Notes: generated by a model not told the origin, from the letters alone. A stretch of 64,000 nt of DNA from an uncultured Alphaproteobacteria bacterium (GCA_963759705.1 CAVXAK010000014.1:112034-176033); one strand, 5' to 3'; counted from the first letter of the stretch, positions 49,968 to 61,820 are shown. Made by a program: numbers and translations.

Positions 49968-50603
49968 GTGAAGCTTTATTCGTATTTTCGCTCGTCAGCT
50001 GCCTATCGCGTGCGCATCGCGCTCAATCTCAAAGGCCTCGCCTACGAGACGCTTCCGATTCATCTGGTCAAGGACGGCGGCCACAACAAACGGCCGGAGT
50101 TCCGCGCCATCAATCCACAGATGCGCGTGCCGGTTCTCGTCACGTCGGCCGGCGATGTTCTCATTCAATCGCTCGCCATCATGGAGTATCTCGACGAAAC
50201 CCATCCCGCGCCGCCGCTCCTACCCAAGGATCCGGTCGCGCGCGCGAAGGTTCGCGCGCTTGCCGAGATCATCGCCTGTGACATCCACCCGCTCAACAAC
50301 ATCGGCCCGCTGCGGTATCTGAAAAACGAAATGGGTCAGAACCAGGCCGCGATCGACACATGGTATCATCATTGGGTCCTTTCCGGCTTCGAGGCCCTCG
50401 AAGCGCTGATCGAACCGTCTCCATTCGCCTTCGGCAAGGAGGCGACGCTGGCCGATGTCTGCCTGGTGCCGCAGGTGTACAACGCGCGGCGGCTGAAAGT
50501 GCCGCTCGAGAGGTTTCCAAAGATCGTCGGCGTCGACGCCGCCTGCATGATGCTACCGGCGTTCGATCGTGCGCGACCGGAAAATCAGCCGGACGCCGAA
50601 TGA
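49968..50603 (+). CDS. maiA: Maleylacetoacetate isomerase (zeta-class GST)
   Basis: GTG 49968 follows GGAGGA. LYSYFRSSAAYRVRIALNLKG...INPQMRVPVL...QSLAIMEYLDE. Confidence 0.85.
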   Translation: MKLYSYFRSSAAYRVRIALNLKGLAYETLPIHLVKDGGHNKRPEFRAINPQMRVPVLVTSAGDVLIQSLAIMEYLDETHPAPPLLPKDPVARAKVRALAEIIACDIHPLNNIGPLRYLKNEMGQNQAAIDTWYHHWVLSGFEALEALIEPSPFAFGKEATLADVCLVPQVYNARRLKVPLERFPKIVGVDAACMMLPAFDRARPENQPDAE

Positions 50604-50737
50604 GAGAGCGCCGGACGCGCTCGCGCCTCGCACGTGAAGCGATAGGTCGCGCAGGCAGATACCTCCGCACGTTCACACTTTAGTCACCATTGCGGGGCTT
50701 GATCCTCAAGCCTCGGATGGAGCCGTTGTCGGGACCC

Positions 50738-51814
50738 ATGATGACCAGACTGCTGCGCGGGCTTGGCCTAGCCTCGGTTCAAGCCACGCTGGGGGTGCTT
50801 GTGCTCTCCGCCTCCGCCGCCACGGCTCAGGACCAGCCGGCATCGAATCCTGTGTGTGTCCGCCTCGAGAGCCAACTCGCCACCGTCGACCGCGGCTCGA
50901 CCGATCCGGGACGGGCCAACCAGATCAAGCAGGCCGAAGACGCCGTCGCCAAACAGCAGGCCGATCTCGACCACGCCGTCGCCCAAGCGCACAAATCCGG
51001 CTGCGCGGGCGAGGGTTTTTTTGCGCTGTTCTCGGGTTTGTCACCGCAATGCGGCCCGATCACCTCGCAAATTCAACAGATGCGCGGCAATCTCGATCGC
51101 TCGATGAGTGATCTCGAAAAGCTCAAGAGCGGCAGTTCCGATCAGGACGGTCAGCACCGCTTTCTGATCGGGCAGCTCGCACAGAACAATTGCGGCGCGC
51201 AATACGCCTCGGCCGCTTCGCAATCCGGGCCGCGCGGCTTCTTCGATGCATTGTTCGGCAACGGCACAATCGTCAATCCGGGCGGCGACGGCGCGCCGTC
51301 GGGCACCTATCGGACGGTGTGCGTGCGTACCTGCGACGGTTATTACTTCCCAATCTCGTTCTCGACGGTGCCGAGCCGCTTTGCCGACGATCAGCGCACC
51401 TGCCAGCGTGAATGTCCCGCCGCCGAGGTCTCGCTTTATTCCTACCACAATCCCGGCGAGGGCATGCAGCAGGCGGTCTCGCTCAACGGCCAAGCCTACA
51501 CGGCACTCCCGAACGCATTTCGCTACCGCAAAGAGGTTATCTCCGGCTGCTCGTGCCGACGTCCGGGTCAAAGCTGGGCCGATGCGCTCAAAGGTGCCGA
51601 CGACAGCTCGACACTCGAGAGCGGCGACATCGTCGTGACCGATCAGAAGGCGAAAGCGCTCTCGCAGGCTCCCGGGGCGCCTGGCAAACCGCCGCTCAAG
51701 GCCGGCGCCAGCCTGCCGAGCCAGCCGGACACCACTGCGACATCGGAGCCGCCCGCGGTTCCCGGTAAGCGTACCGTGCGTACCGTAGGACCGCCGTTCC
51801 TGTCGTCGCAGTAA
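50738..51814 (+). CDS. DUF2865-domain secreted protein
   Basis: Signal peptide, then YRTVCVRTCDGYYFPISFSTVPSRFADDQRTCQRECP. The start is uncertain (50717, 50738 or 50741). Confidence 0.75.
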   Translation: MMTRLLRGLGLASVQATLGVLVLSASAATAQDQPASNPVCVRLESQLATVDRGSTDPGRANQIKQAEDAVAKQQADLDHAVAQAHKSGCAGEGFFALFSGLSPQCGPITSQIQQMRGNLDRSMSDLEKLKSGSSDQDGQHRFLIGQLAQNNCGAQYASAASQSGPRGFFDALFGNGTIVNPGGDGAPSGTYRTVCVRTCDGYYFPISFSTVPSRFADDQRTCQRECPAAEVSLYSYHNPGEGMQQAVSLNGQAYTALPNAFRYRKEVISGCSCRRPGQSWADALKGADDSSTLESGDIVVTDQKAKALSQAPGAPGKPPLKAGASLPSQPDTTATSEPPAVPGKRTVRTVGPPFLSSQ

Positions 51815-51836
51815 AACGCGCCGCCGGACGCTTCTC

Positions 51837-53601
51837 TCAGACGTCCGATGCCGCAGCCTTGGCCATGGCCGCATTTCTCACGAGCCCGCGATCGGGCTCC
51901 GGCAGCGACGTCCCCGGATCACGGAAACGATTGACGATCGGATAGCGGCGGTCGCGGCCGAAGTTCTTCAGCGTTACCTTCACGCCCGGCGCGGCTTGGC
52001 GGCGCTTGTACTCGGCGATGGTGAGCATGCGTTCGATCTTCATCACGGTATTGCGGTCGAACCCGGCGGCGACGATGGTGGCGATCAACTCCTCTCGCTC
52101 GACGAGCCGCTCGAGAATCTGATCGAGCGCATCATAGGGCGGCAGCGTGTCCTGGTCGGTCTGGTTCTCGCGCAGTTCGGCACTCGGCGCCCGCACCAAT
52201 ACGTTCTCCGGAATCACCCGGCCGGACGGCCCAAGCGCGTCGTCCGGCTTCCAATGATTGCGCAATCGCGCGAGGCGATAGACTTCGGTCTTGTACAGAT
52301 CCTTGATCGGGTTGAAGCCGCCATTCATGTCGCCGTAGAGCGTCGCGTAGCCGACCGACATTTCCGACTTGTTTCCGGTCGTCACCACCATCAAGCCGAA
52401 TTTATTGGAGATCGCCATCAGGATCGTGCCGCGGGCGCGCGCCTGCAAATTCTCCTCGGTCACGTCGCGCGACGTGCCGGCGAATACACCGGCGAGCGCC
52501 GCTTCGAGTCCATTGACCGCGCTCTCGATCGGCACGATGTCGTAGCGGACACCGAGCGCCGTGGCAACTCCGGCTGCGTCGTCGCGCAATTCCTGCGACG
52601 TGTACCGGAACGGCAACATCACACAGCGCACGCGCTCGACACCGAGCGCGTCGGTTGCCATCGCCGCACACAAGCGCCGAATCGATGCCACCGGAAAGCC
52701 CAAGCACGACACCCTTGAAGCCATTCTTGTCGACGTAATCGCGCAGGCCGAGCACACAGGCAGTGTAGTCCGCTTTCTCCGATTCCTCCGCCGCCGCGAT
52801 CGGACCCTGCTCGCATCGCCATACGCCGCTTGCCGTTCGCGACCAGTGCGTTGTCGCCACCACTTCGCGAAAAGCCGGAAGTTGCAAAGCGATCGAGCGG
52901 TCGGCGTTGAGAATGAACGAGGCGCCATCGAAAACGAGTTCGTCCTGGCCGCCGACCTGATTGACATATATGAGCGGGAGACCCGCCTCGGTGACGCGCG
53001 CAACCGCGACGTTGAGGCGGACATCGATCTTGTCGCGCCAATAGGGCGACCCATTCGGCACCACCAACAATTCGGCGCCGGTCTCGGCCAGAGTCTCCAC
53101 CACGTTCTCGTAGTCGCCCCAGTCGGTCCAGGTATCTTCGCAAACCGGCAGGCCAAGCCGCACGCCGCGAAAGCTGACCGGGCCTGGCACGGGTCCCGAT
53201 GCGAAGACGCGCTTCTCATCGAACACGCCATAGTTCGGCAGATTGACCTTGAAGCAAATCGCCTCGATGCGGCCGCCGGCAAGAAGCGCGTAGGCGTTGT
53301 AGAGCTTTTCGTCCTCGGCCCACGGCGTCCCCATGAGGACGGCCGGCCCGCCTTCGCCGGTCTCGCGCGCCAAGGTCTCTGTCGCGGCGCGGCAGGCGGC
53401 CTGGAATGCGGGCTTGAGCACGAGGTCTTCCGGCGGGTAGCCGGCGATGAACAACTCGGAAAAAGCGATCACATCGGCGCCATCGCGAGCCGCTGCCGCG
53501 CGGGCGCGCCGGGCGCGATCGAGGTTGCCGGAGACATCGCCGACGATGGGGTTGAGCTGCGCCACGGCGATGGCGAGGCGGTCAGCAGGACGCTGGTTCA
53601 T
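51837..53601 (-). pseudogene. nadE: Glutamine-dependent NAD+ synthetase, split by one frameshift
   Basis: The CN-hydrolase domain through GLSGGIDSAL is in the frame of ORF 52402..53601. CAAMATDALG...SVGYATLYGDMNGG... is in the frame of ORF 51837..53282. The break is near 52665..52690. Confidence 0.85.
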
Positions 53602-53659
53602 GCCGAACGTCTAGCGCCGGACAGTCCATCCCGGCAATGGGCTCTCCCACGGTCCGCGA

Positions 53660-54711
53660 TCAGTTCATGCTGACCGGATAGGGACCGAATTTGACACTGG
53701 CCTGAACGAAGACGCCGTAAATGTCGGTTTTCCAATCGACCGGTTGCGAAAACGCCTGCTCGCCGACCACGTGGTCTTCGAAATGCGTGTTGCCGTTGGT
53801 CTGCATGTGCCAATAGCGTGCGCCAACGCCGACGCCGGCGCGCGGAGTCACCTGATAGGATAGGAGCGCTTCGAATTGATAACCCTGCCCGTTGCCGTCC
53901 TCCGGCACCGGCCCGGTGAAATCGCCGACGTCGGAGCCGATGCGCAGCAGATGGGCGTCCGTTCCGCGAGATGAACATAGGGCAACCAGACCCCCTCACC
54001 ACTCAATTTGAAGCGATCGCCCAGCATGACGCTGCCGTCGAGACCGAGGCGGACTGACTGCCAAGTGTTGTTTTGCGAGATCACTTCATACGACGTCGGA
54101 ATTGGCGGCTGGCAGACATCGGGATTGGTCGCCGTTTGCGAGCATCCAAAGGCGTTCATGCCTTCGTTGAAGTAGTGGTAGCCGACGAAGGCGCCGACGC
54201 GGAAATCACCGCCGCGCAACACGTTGTAGCCCACGTCCGCGCTTGCATAACTCAAGAAGCCGCCATGCTGGTCGCTGTTCGTGCTCGAATACGGATCGAT
54301 GCCCGGCGGAAAATCTTCGTCCTGCAGGTTTCCTTTCGCGAGCGCGCCAGCGCCGGCATAACCCTTGACGAACCAGCCATTGGTGAAGGCGACGCGCCCG
54401 AAAAACTCGCCGGCGCTCGAAGCCATATCGCTGTAGGTGAGCCGTGACACCATCGCGCTGGACAGCGCCGGAACATCGTAAAGGCTTTTGCTGGTCTTGG
54501 CGCTGCCGTACCAATAGCGTGCGGCGAAATCAGCCTGCCAGGCAGGAACCGGCCGCGGCGTGAAAAAGTCGACCTCCGGCACGGGCGCCGTAGGCGGAGC
54601 GACCGGAGCAGGAGCCAGTAACCGCGGCACCGGCTGATCGGCAGAAAATGCCGGGCTGGCGATCGGCCAAGCGATCGCCATTATCCCCAATATCCATGCC
54701 GCTTTTCGCAC
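53660..54711 (-). pseudogene. Outer-membrane beta-barrel protein, split by one frameshift
   Basis: Signal peptide and beta-strand pattern run to ...GVWLPYVHL in one frame. GTDAHLLRIGSDVGDFTGPVPEDGNGQGYQFEALLSY...VKFGPYPVSMN is in another. The break is near 53958..53972. Confidence 0.75.
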
Positions 54712-54896
54712 CGCATGCCTCGCGCGAATCGCCGTGATTCGATGCGAAAAGTTTGATTCGAATTGTTTGCATATTCCTTACGCCTGCGGCGGAGACGCGG
54801 ATCAGCATGAGCGGGGCGTAAAGCTGCATGGTGGATGAGGTGCTAACTCATCCACCGACGGCCGCTTTTACGATGACCGAAAGCCGCTGTTTGCTG

Positions 54897-56301
54897 TTAC
54901 AGGCCAGCAACTGCAGGCAGCGGTTTAGCCTTGCCCTGCCGCTCCGTTTTAAGGAGATCGGCAAGAAGGAACGCGAGATCGAGCGATTGTTCGGCGTTAA
55001 GCCGCGGATCGCAGACCGTGTGATAACGATCGTTCAGATCCTCGTCGCTGATGGCGCGTGCGCCGCCGGTACATTCGGTGACGTTCTGGCCGGTCATTTC
55101 AAGATGCACGCCGCCGGCATAGGTGCCTTCAGCGGCATGAACTTGAAAAAACGTCCGCACCTCTTTGAGGATTTGATCGAACGGACGGGTCTTGTAGCCG
55201 GTCACCGACGTGATGGTATTGCCGTGCATCGGATCGCACGACCAAACAACATTGCGGCCCTCGCGTTTGATCGCGCGCACCATCGGCGGCAACAGATCAG
55301 CGGCCTTGTCGGCGCCGACGCGGCAAATCAGCGTCAGCCGCCCAGGCTCGTTATCCGGATCGAGAATGTCGATGAGCTTCAATGAGTTCGTCCGGCTTCT
55401 GCGTCGGACCGGTTTTCAGACCGAGCGGATTTTTGATGCCGCGACAGAACTCGACCTGCGCATGGTCCGCCTGCCGGGTGCGATCGCCGATCCACACCAT
55501 ATGACCGCTCGTGCAGTACCAATCGCCGGTCGTCGAATCGACGCGCGTGAAAGCCTGCTCGTAGCCGAGCAGCAACGCCTCATGGCTGGTGAAGAATTCG
55601 GTTGTCCGCAGTTCGGGGTGCGATTCAGGATCAACGCCGCAGGCCCGCATGAATCCGAGCGCTTCCGTGATGCGATGAGCGAGATCCTGATAACGCTTCG
55701 ATTGCGGGCTGTCCTTGACGAAGCTCAGCATCCACTGATGCGCGTTCGACAGGTTGGCGTAACCACCGCCGGCGAACGCACGCAACAGATTGAGCGTCGC
55801 CGCCGACTGACGATAGGCTTCCAACTGGCGCCGCGGATCGGGCGTGCGCGCTTCGGCGGTGAATTCGGTGCCGTTGATGATGTCGCCGCGGTAGACCGGC
55901 AACTCGACACCACCGCGCTTCTCGGTCGGCGAGGTACGGGGTTTGGCGAATTGACCGGCGATGCGGCCGACCTTCACCACCGGCGAAGCCGCCGCATAGG
56001 TCAGCACCACCGACATCTGCAGAAACAGGCGGAAGAAATCGCGGATGTTATTGGCGCCGTGCTCGGCGAAGCTCTCGGCGCAATCGCCGCCCTGCAGCAG
56101 GAATGCTTCGCCCTTGGCGACCTTCGCCAGGGTGCGCTTGAGGTTGCGCGCCTCGCCGGCAAAAACCAGCGGCGGAAAGGTTGCAAGCTGCGCTTCGACA
56201 TCCGCCAGCGCCTTCGGGTCGGGATAGTCGGGCACCTGAAGGATCGGCTTCGAGCGCCAGGAGTCTGGGCTCCACTTCGCCATGTTGGACAATTTCGACA
56301 T
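54897..56301 (-). pseudogene. Class II (plant-type) DAHP synthase, split by one frameshift
   Basis: [19 protein letters not shown]...[20 protein letters not shown] is in one frame. [18 protein letters not shown]...CDPMHGNT...GGVHLEMTG is in the next. Removing one nt at about 55381 restores ...DELIKLIDIL... Confidence 0.85.
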
Positions 56302-56472
56302 GCTCGTCTCCAAACCGCCAATCCAGGGCGCCGGGCACCGACCCGCAAACCCGGAATCCATATACACCGACAGTGGTTATGGATTCCCGCCCTTGCCGCT
56401 GCTGCGGCTCGGCCGGAATGACGACGGATATATACACAACGGCTTGCCGCTGTAACAGTCCGACAAATCAGG

Positions 56473-57855
56473 CTATTCCGCCGCGGCGCGGGCGTAACTC
56501 GCGCTCTTCTTGCGCATCGTCACCAACTCCTCGGCAATCGTCGGATGCAGCGCCATGGTCGCGTCGAAGTCGGCCTTGGTGGCGCCCATCTTCACGGCGA
56601 TGGCGGCAAGCTGAGCCATTTCGGCAGCCCCCTCGCCGACGACGTGGCAGCCGACAACCCGATCGGTCAGGCCGTCAACAATGAGCTTCAAAAGCACTGT
56701 GGTATCTCGGCCGGACAGGGTCGCCTTGAGCGGCTTGAACATCGCCTTGTAGATATCGGTCTGGGCGAGTTGCGCGCGGGCCTCGGTCTCGGTCAGACCG
56801 ACCGTGCCGATCTCCGGGTCGGAGAAAACCGCCGTCGGTACGTTGGTGTGATCGACTTTTGTCGGCTTGCCGCCAAACACGGTGTCGGCGAAGGCATGGC
56901 CCTCACGGATCGCGACTGGAGTGAGATTGATGCGGTCGGTGACGTCGCCGACCGCGTAGATGTGGGGGACACTCGTCCGCGAGTACGCGTCAACCGTAAT
57001 GGCGCCGCCTTTTCCCACGGCGACGCCGGCTGCTTCGAGCCCCAAATTGACGACGTTCGGCGAGCGGCCGACTGCAAACATGACGCAATCGGCGGTGACA
57101 TGATTGCCGCTCGACAGATGCGCGGAGAAGTGCGCACCGGAATCTTCGATCGCCGCAACCTTGCAACCGGTGAGGACTCTGACGCCGTGCTTCTCCATAT
57201 CCGCGCGTAAATGCGCGCGAACCTCATCGTCGAAGCCGCGCAGAATGTTTTCACCGCGATAGATGAGTGTCACGTGCGAACCGAGACCGGCAAAAATACC
57301 GGCGAACTCGACCGCAATGTAGCCGCCACCCTGGATCACCACGCGACGCGGCAGCTCCGGCAAATGGAACGCCTCATTCGACGAAATGGCGTGTTGCAGC
57401 CCCGGAATGGGATCGCCCATGCTGGGCGTTCCGCCGGTCGAAATCAGCACATGGGCCGCACGGACCTTATCCCCGTTCGCCAATTGCACGGTGTGGGCAT
57501 CGGCGAGCGTAGCGCGGCTCTTGACGATCTTCACGCCAGCTCGATCGAGCGTCGCGTTGTAGGCCGCCTCGAGCCTCGCGATCTCCTTGTCCTTGTTGGC
57601 GATCAGCGTCGCCCAATCGAACGTGGTGTGGGGAACGGTCCAGCCGAAACCGGCCGCATCTTCGAATTCCGCGCTGAAACGCGATGCATAGACCAGGAGC
57701 TTCTTGGGCACGCAGCCGCGAATGACGCAGGTGCCGCCCAGCCGATACTCTTCCGCGAGCATCACCCGCGCGCCGTGCTCGGACGCGATGCGCGAGGCGC
57801 GTACGCCGCCGGAGCCCCCGCCAATGACGAACAGATCGACGTCGTAATCCGGCAT
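56473..57855 (-). CDS. gor: Glutathione-disulfide reductase
   Basis: 460 aa. GGGSGG FAD motif and redox-active GGTCVIRGCVPKK. Confidence 0.9.
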   Translation of the reverse strand: MPDYDVDLFVIGGGSGGVRASRIASEHGARVMLAEEYRLGGTCVIRGCVPKKLLVYASRFSAEFEDAAGFGWTVPHTTFDWATLIANKDKEIARLEAAYNATLDRAGVKIVKSRATLADAHTVQLANGDKVRAAHVLISTGGTPSMGDPIPGLQHAISSNEAFHLPELPRRVVIQGGGYIAVEFAGIFAGLGSHVTLIYRGENILRGFDDEVRAHLRADMEKHGVRVLTGCKVAAIEDSGAHFSAHLSSGNHVTADCVMFAVGRSPNVVNLGLEAAGVAVGKGGAITVDAYSRTSVPHIYAVGDVTDRINLTPVAIREGHAFADTVFGGKPTKVDHTNVPTAVFSDPEIGTVGLTETEARAQLAQTDIYKAMFKPLKATLSGRDTTVLLKLIVDGLTDRVVGCHVVGEGAAEMAQLAAIAVKMGATKADFDATMALHPTIAEELVTMRKKSASYARAAAE

Positions 57856-57856
57856 G

Positions 57857-58390
57857 CTACATATCGTGTCCGCGCTTTTTCATTTCCGCACGCATCTTGG
57901 CCATGACATCCTCCGAGAGGTTGTCGGCCCAAGTCGCCGCATTCTGCATGCTTTCGTCGAGCGCCTTCGGTTCTTCGACGATCATCTTTTTGCCGAGCGG
58001 TGACTGGTAGAAGGCCAGCATGTCCTTCAATTCCTGTTCGGTGAAGTGGCTGGCGTAAATGCGCGCGGTCGCATCGATGAGTTCACTCACTCGCGGATCG
58101 AAATCTTTGTGCGTGATCACCGCGACCTCATTGATGTCCTTCGCCAGCATGAAATTCGTTTGCAGGAACACCTCCTTTGCCTTCTCGACCACGCCGCGCA
58201 CCACCGGATCGAACATCGACTTGACGCCCTTGATTTCCACGATCTGCTTGGCAATCAGGAGCGCAGCCGGGGAGACTTTGGCTGCAGGCGCCGGGGTCTG
58301 AGCCAGGACCGAAGCAGTATCGGCGACGCCGATCGCCGCAAACGCGAAGAGCGCTGCCATGGCGGAGCGCTGAAAGAGACGAGCGATCAT
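57857..58390 (-). CDS. DUF2059-domain periplasmic protein
   Basis: Signal peptide, then HFTEQELKDMLAFYQSPLGKKM. The stop lies 1 nt before the gor start. Confidence 0.7.
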   Translation of the reverse strand: MIARLFQRSAMAALFAFAAIGVADTASVLAQTPAPAAKVSPAALLIAKQIVEIKGVKSMFDPVVRGVVEKAKEVFLQTNFMLAKDINEVAVITHKDFDPRVSELIDATARIYASHFTEQELKDMLAFYQSPLGKKMIVEEPKALDESMQNAATWADNLSEDVMAKMRAEMKKRGHDM

Positions 58391-58415
58391 AGGCGCAGTT
58401 CCTCCGTGCTTTGGG

Positions 58416-59114
58416 TCAGGGCCGCTCAATCAGCCGCACCCCGTCCGGCCCGGCGACAATAGCAGCCGACGCCAGACCGATGAACAAGCCGTGTTCCATG
58501 ACACCTGGAACGGCGCAAAGCCGGGCCGCCAGAGTTCGCGGGTCGACGATGCACCCCAATTGAGCGTCCAGGAGCCAGTGCCCGCCATCCGTGACGAAAG
58601 CATGGCCGTTTTGGGCTTCGCGCAGTTTGGCGGGACCTGGACATCCGACCTCGGCGGCGATCTTCTCGACGGCCCGGCTGGTTGCCGTCGCGCCAAACGG
58701 CACAATCTCGATGGGCAGCGGGAAGCGGCCGACCGCCGGGACCCATTTCGTGTGATCGGCAATCACGATCATTTGTGCCGATGCCGCCGCCACGATCTTT
58801 TCGCGCAGGAGCGCGCCGCCGCCGCCTTTGATCAACGTCAGATCCGGCGCGATTTCGTCTGCGCCGTCGACAGTCAGATCGAGTTCAGGTTCCTCGTCGA
58901 GCGTGGTCAAAGCGATGCCGAGCCGCGTCGCCTGGGCACGCGTCGCCTCAGACGTCGGGACCGCAACCACAGTGAGGCCGGCGCGGACGCGTTCGCCGAG
59001 CATGTCGACAAAATGCGCGGCGGTCGAACCCGTGCCCAGGCCAAGTCGCATGCCCGGCCGGACGAACTCGAGTGCACGGGCAGCGGCGGCGCGTTTATGA
59101 ACGTCGATATCCAT
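58416..59114 (-). CDS. rpiA: Ribose-5-phosphate isomerase A
   Basis: LGLGTGSTA...VDGADE...[12 protein letters not shown] motifs. Start at ATG 59114. Confidence 0.9.
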   Translation of the reverse strand: MDIDVHKRAAAARALEFVRPGMRLGLGTGSTAAHFVDMLGERVRAGLTVVAVPTSEATRAQATRLGIALTTLDEEPELDLTVDGADEIAPDLTLIKGGGGALLREKIVAAASAQMIVIADHTKWVPAVGRFPLPIEIVPFGATATSRAVEKIAAEVGCPGPAKLREAQNGHAFVTDGGHWLLDAQLGCIVDPRTLAARLCAVPGVMEHGLFIGLASAAIVAGPDGVRLIERP

Positions 59115-59233
59115 CGGTCGGCGGCCTGGGGGGCTGGAAGTCGCTGGCAAGCGGCCGTTATCTAGCTGCGTTCTGCCGGCGATCCTAGGGAAAAGCGTTG
59201 CTTCGGCAACGATCCCCCGTTACGCGAGGCATT

Positions 59234-59905
59234 ATGCTCACCATTGTTTTTGATCTCGACGGCACGCTCATCGACACCGCCCCCGACCTTATCGATACGC
59301 TTAACCAAATTCTCACCCGAGAAGGTCTGCCGAGCGTGCCGTTCGAAATGGCACGCCCGCTGATCGGCGGCGGAGCACGCGGGCTGATCGAACGGGCGCT
59401 GGCGACCAAGGGGCGAGTTTGTTCAAAGATGGAGGTCGATCGGCTCTACACCGCCTTCGTCGCCCACTATGCCGAGCATATCGCCGATCGATCGCGTCCG
59501 TTTCCGCATCTCGAACCCGTGCTCGATGGCCTGGCCGACGCCGGCTATCGCCTGGCAGTGTGCACGAACAAGCTCGAATGGCTGTCGGTTCGGCTTTTGA
59601 ACACCTTGCAACTCGCCCAGCGCTTCGCCGCGATTTGCGGCCAGGACACTTTCGGGATGCAAAAACCCGATCCGGAAATTCTGCGGCGAACCATCCTGCG
59701 GGCCGGCGGTGAGCCTGCGCGGGCGATCATGATCGGAGATTCCGTCACAGATATTCGCACCGCCCGCAACGCCAAGGTGCCCGTCGTTGCCGTCGACTTC
59801 GGCTATACCGATGTCCCGGTCGCCGAGTTGCAGCCTGACCGGATCATCAGCTCATTCGCAGACCTGCCTTCGGCTCTCGTCGGTCTGCCGACCCGAGCCC
59901 CCTGA
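59234..59905 (+). CDS. gph: HAD-family phosphoglycolate phosphatase
   Basis: VFDLDGTLIDT, CTNK and MIGDSVTDIRTARNA motifs. Confidence 0.8.
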   Translation: MLTIVFDLDGTLIDTAPDLIDTLNQILTREGLPSVPFEMARPLIGGGARGLIERALATKGRVCSKMEVDRLYTAFVAHYAEHIADRSRPFPHLEPVLDGLADAGYRLAVCTNKLEWLSVRLLNTLQLAQRFAAICGQDTFGMQKPDPEILRRTILRAGGEPARAIMIGDSVTDIRTARNAKVPVVAVDFGYTDVPVAELQPDRIISSFADLPSALVGLPTRAP

Positions 59906-60081
59906 TCGGCCCGAAAGCGAAAGCGCGGACCTCGTTGGCTGCAGGATCTCAGCAAGTGGCGACAAGGCATTATTTCAATTCGCTTTTTTCTGCCAGCCCA
60001 AGCGGACATCGCGCGCCAAGCGTGACCCTTTACCGCAGGCCTCCGGAGCCTTAGTTTCCGGCGCGCAACGGAGACCTTCGT

Positions 60082-60567
60082 ATGAACAGCGTCCGCGCAC
60101 CCGCCGCCGTCTGCCTTTTATGCCTGACCGTTGCACTCCCGGGATGCTCGGCATCATCGCCTGGCAGCAGCGCGCTCGCCGGCCCGAGCCCGCCGCCTGG
60201 GCAGTGGACGCTGCACCTGAAGTCGGAACCGCCCGGCGCCGAGGCGAAAGCGCCGCAGGGCCAATCTTGCCGGACGCCGTGTGAACTCATCTTGCCGATG
60301 GCCGATACCAGCGTCACGTTCACGCTCGCCGGCTATTATCCGCAGATCATTCCGATCACGTGGCTGCCGGCTACGTTCCACTACGAAATGTACGAACGGA
60401 CCGACCAAACCGGTGCGATCTATCCGGTGGACTTTTCGCCTAATCCCGCGATCGCCCAACTTGAGCCGGCTGGTACCGCCGAGCCTGCCGGCGGATCGGC
60501 CAAGGCGGCGCAGAAGAAGAAAAGCACGAAGCGTTCGGCGCCGCCAGCAAGCGTTGCACCGCAATAA
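60082..60567 (+). CDS. PEGA-domain-like lipoprotein with a basic C-terminal tail
   Basis: Lipobox VALPGC, SEPPGAEA...CRTPCEL...FTLAGYYPQ, and tail AKAAQKKKSTKRSAPP. Confidence 0.6.
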   Translation: MNSVRAPAAVCLLCLTVALPGCSASSPGSSALAGPSPPPGQWTLHLKSEPPGAEAKAPQGQSCRTPCELILPMADTSVTFTLAGYYPQIIPITWLPATFHYEMYERTDQTGAIYPVDFSPNPAIAQLEPAGTAEPAGGSAKAAQKKKSTKRSAPPASVAPQ

Positions 60568-60722
60568 GGTCGCTATGCTGCTTAAGGCCGGGCGCGCCGC
60601 CTCTGGCACCTGCATAGCGTGTCGTGGACGGCCCGGGTATTATTCGGCACAATCAATAGCTATCTAACTCACCAGACAGGTATTTGGCTCATCAAGAGCC
60701 TTTTGCTGCGGAGCGCGCGGAG

Positions 60723-61778
60723 ATGGACGGCATGCAGCTAAATGGCTTGCATAACCGGGAACTGGACGCTGCCAGCGCCCGGCCGGCGCTGGTCGACCCG
60801 TTCGGGCGCGCCATCACCTATTTGCGCGTCTCGGTTACCGATCGCTGCGATTTCCGTTGCGTCTACTGCATGGCGGAGAACATGTCGTTCCTGCCGAAGG
60901 CCGATCTGCTCACGCTCGAAGAGCTCGATCGGCTGTGCTCGGCGTTCATCGCGCGCGGCGTGCGCAAGCTTCGCTTGACTGGCGGTGAGCCGCTTGTTCG
61001 ACGCGGCATCATGACCCTCGTGTCCTCGCTGTCGCGTCATTTGCGGTCCGGCGACCTCGACGAACTGACCCTGACGACCAATGCATCGCAGCTTGCCAAA
61101 TATGCCGACGAGCTCAAGGCGCACGGCGTGCGGCGCATCAATGTGTCGCTCGACACGCTCGACCCCGACAAATTCCGCTCGATTACGCGGTGGGGTGCGT
61201 TGGACCAAGTGCTCGCCGGAATCGACGCTGCACAAGCGGCCGGCCTCAAGATCAAGATCAACACGGTTGCGCTCAAGGGCGTCAACGACGACGAATTTCC
61301 CCGGCTGATCGAGTGGGCCCACGGCCGTGGCATGGATTTGACACTGATCGAGGTCATGCCGCTCGGCGAAATCGGTGAGGGCCGCCTCGACCAATACCTG
61401 CCGCTCTCGATCGCGCGCGCTCGCCTCGCCGAGCGCTATCAACTCGAAGACATCGACTATCGCACCGGCGGACCCGCCCGCTACGTTCGTGTCGCCGAGA
61501 CCGGCGGATTGCTCGGCTTCATCACGCCGCTCACGCACAACTTCTGCGAATCCTGCAATCGGGTGCGGATCACCTGCACCGGCACGCTTTACATGTGCCT
61601 GGGCCAGGAGGATGCGGCCGATCTGCGCAAGCCGCTCCGCGCCTCCGAAGCGAACGATTTCCTTTTTACTGCGATCGACGAAGCGATCGCCCGCAAGCCC
61701 AAGGGCCACGATTTCATCATCGACCGGCGGCACAAGCGGCCGGCCCTGTCGCGCCACATGAGCGTGACCGGCGGCTGA
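60723..61778 (+). CDS. moaA: GTP 3',8-cyclase (molybdenum cofactor biosynthesis protein A)
   Basis: Radical-SAM CDFRCVYC and C-terminal cluster [13 protein letters not shown]. The start is ATG 60723, or TTG 60684. Confidence 0.9.
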   Translation: MDGMQLNGLHNRELDAASARPALVDPFGRAITYLRVSVTDRCDFRCVYCMAENMSFLPKADLLTLEELDRLCSAFIARGVRKLRLTGGEPLVRRGIMTLVSSLSRHLRSGDLDELTLTTNASQLAKYADELKAHGVRRINVSLDTLDPDKFRSITRWGALDQVLAGIDAAQAAGLKIKINTVALKGVNDDEFPRLIEWAHGRGMDLTLIEVMPLGEIGEGRLDQYLPLSIARARLAERYQLEDIDYRTGGPARYVRVAETGGLLGFITPLTHNFCESCNRVRITCTGTLYMCLGQEDAADLRKPLRASEANDFLFTAIDEAIARKPKGHDFIIDRRHKRPALSRHMSVTGG

Positions 61779-61820
61779 TTTTAGATCGAGAGCCGATCGA
61801 GTGAATGAGTTCGCGCCCGA

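Noticed and set aside
60568-60722. Possible Moco riboswitch upstream of moaA
   Set aside because: I cannot identify the conserved Moco-motif core by eye. It would need a covariance-model scan (Rfam RF01055) to decide, so I make no claim.
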